Below are positions 62,960 to 64,000 of a DNA stretch of 64,000 bases, in pieces (positions within the stretch are counted from its first letter, which is position 1; each line of letters begins with the position of its first letter). Below the pieces are notes generated by a model, which worked only from the letters and a program-made list of their open reading frames with translations, ran no database searches and was not told the DNA's origin. Source of the DNA: Felis catus (lineage: Eukaryota); the NCBI RefSeq assembly GCF_018350175.1, contig NC_058382.1:55926001-55990000 (forward strand), written 5' to 3'. The position numbers were made by a program, and so were the translations under genes.

Positions 62960-63140
62960 CCCTGTTACTGAGAGTTAAAAGTCCACATTTTCCTTGGAGT
63001 CTGGAAGTCCTGGGTTCAAGATCCAGCTTCACCATTCACTACCGAGTGGTCTCAGATAATCCCTTTGAACCTCTCTAAGCCTCAGTTTTCTCATCTGTAG
63101 CTCACAGGTTACCAGAGGCGTGAATACTGTGTTGGATGCA
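62960..63140 (+). mobile_element. MIR SINE
   Basis: 'ttggagtc..gaagtcctgggttcaag.tccagct...aacctctctaagcctcagttttctcatctgta'. Confidence 0.75.
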
Positions 63141-63354
63141 GAGTGGATACTAGTGGTTTCTCTTTTTTAAGCATTCGATTAAATACAAGCTTTACTGTAT
63201 TTATTGTAAGGGCTTTTGTTTATACTGGCCAGCTTTTTGAGAACAGTTGTTTGAATCCATTACAATGAGTGGCAAACACTGTGAGTCATTGATTTGTCTT
63301 AAACAGTAGTTTGGAAAGTCAGTGTCTGGGCCCCATTGGCTCTCCCAGACGTGT

Positions 63355-63580
63355 TATCAGTGCAGCAGTCTGGTGTAGGGGAACCAGTTTGAAATCAGGC
63401 TTCTGAACCAGCTCCTATACTTATAACAGGTGTGATGTGGACCAAGTGAAGCTCTTTGCCCCTCTGTGGTAAATAAAAGGTCCCACCTCTCAGGGTTGAA
63501 GTGGGAACTCAGTAGATTAACGCAAGCAAAACCATTATTTCAATGCTAGAGTGTCATAGGGCCTCAGCAAATATGAGCTA
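63355..63580 (+). mobile_element. MIR SINE
   Basis: 'gcagtctggtgtagggg...cccacctctcagggttga..tggga..tca.tagattaa'. Confidence 0.5.
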
Positions 63581-63584
63581 ATAA

Positions 63585-63718
63585 AGTTGCTGGCATATGA
63601 GCTCCTTGGGGGTAAGGCCTTGGCCTGACTGATTCACAGCTGGGGCTCCTGTGCCAGAAACAAGGTATGGTGAGTAGTAGGTGCTCAATAAATATTTATT
63701 GAATGAATGAATGAATGA
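63585..63718 (+). mobile_element. L2 3' terminus
   Basis: 'tagtaggtgctcaataaatatttattgaatgaatgaatgaatga'. Confidence 0.8.
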
Positions 63719-64000
63719 GGTTTCCTGGAGGTACAATTGAGAACCTGCATTTTTGAGCTCTTTCCATATGATTATGGGATGCAGCCATGATTGAGAACTA
63801 TTGGCACAAAACATTCATTTTCTAGATGATGGAATTGCAGCCAGGATGCTGTGTAATTCACCCCAAGAGCACTTGGTTAATTTACTTAACAAACAGTCAT
63901 TCCTTCCTTTTATTTAACAAATATTCATTAGATACTTATAATGTTGCTGGTGGTACTTAAACCCAGGTTCTACCAAAAAGAATAAGGGCTTTCCTCGGCT

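Noticed and set aside
1..64000. A novel multi-gene, CRISPR-like or defence system
   Set aside because: The DNA is eukaryotic and repeat-rich, with no ORF above 138 aa, no operon structure and no repeat-spacer array. Recurrent ~200-bp similarities are dispersed SINEs.

Overview
This is mammalian, non-coding genomic DNA, almost certainly from a cat (Felidae). It carries 18 tRNA-derived carnivore SINEs (Can-SINE/SINEC_Fc type), including young copies with the felid-type 'gttcatgctctgtctc...aaaaataaataaacgttaaaa' 3' end. Other repeats are L1 fragments, many MIR and L2 relics, MaLR/ERVL solo LTRs, hAT and Tigger DNA-transposon fossils, and microsatellites. I found no protein-coding exon, RNA gene, CRISPR array or prokaryotic-type system. 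The supplied ORFs are chance frames or decayed repeat frames. Retroelements lean to the minus strand and all long dinucleotide tracts read (GT)n on plus, which suggests an intron of a plus-strand gene that I cannot name. Between the repeats lie several homeobox-motif-rich unique blocks (candidate enhancers) and one good CTCF motif. The other notable points are nested or re-used insertion sites, inverted SINE pairs, a head-only SINE and an intact Tigger-like MITE. Repeat family names come from my recall of consensus sequences, not a database search, and boundaries of old repeats are approximate. I do not see a novel biological system here.
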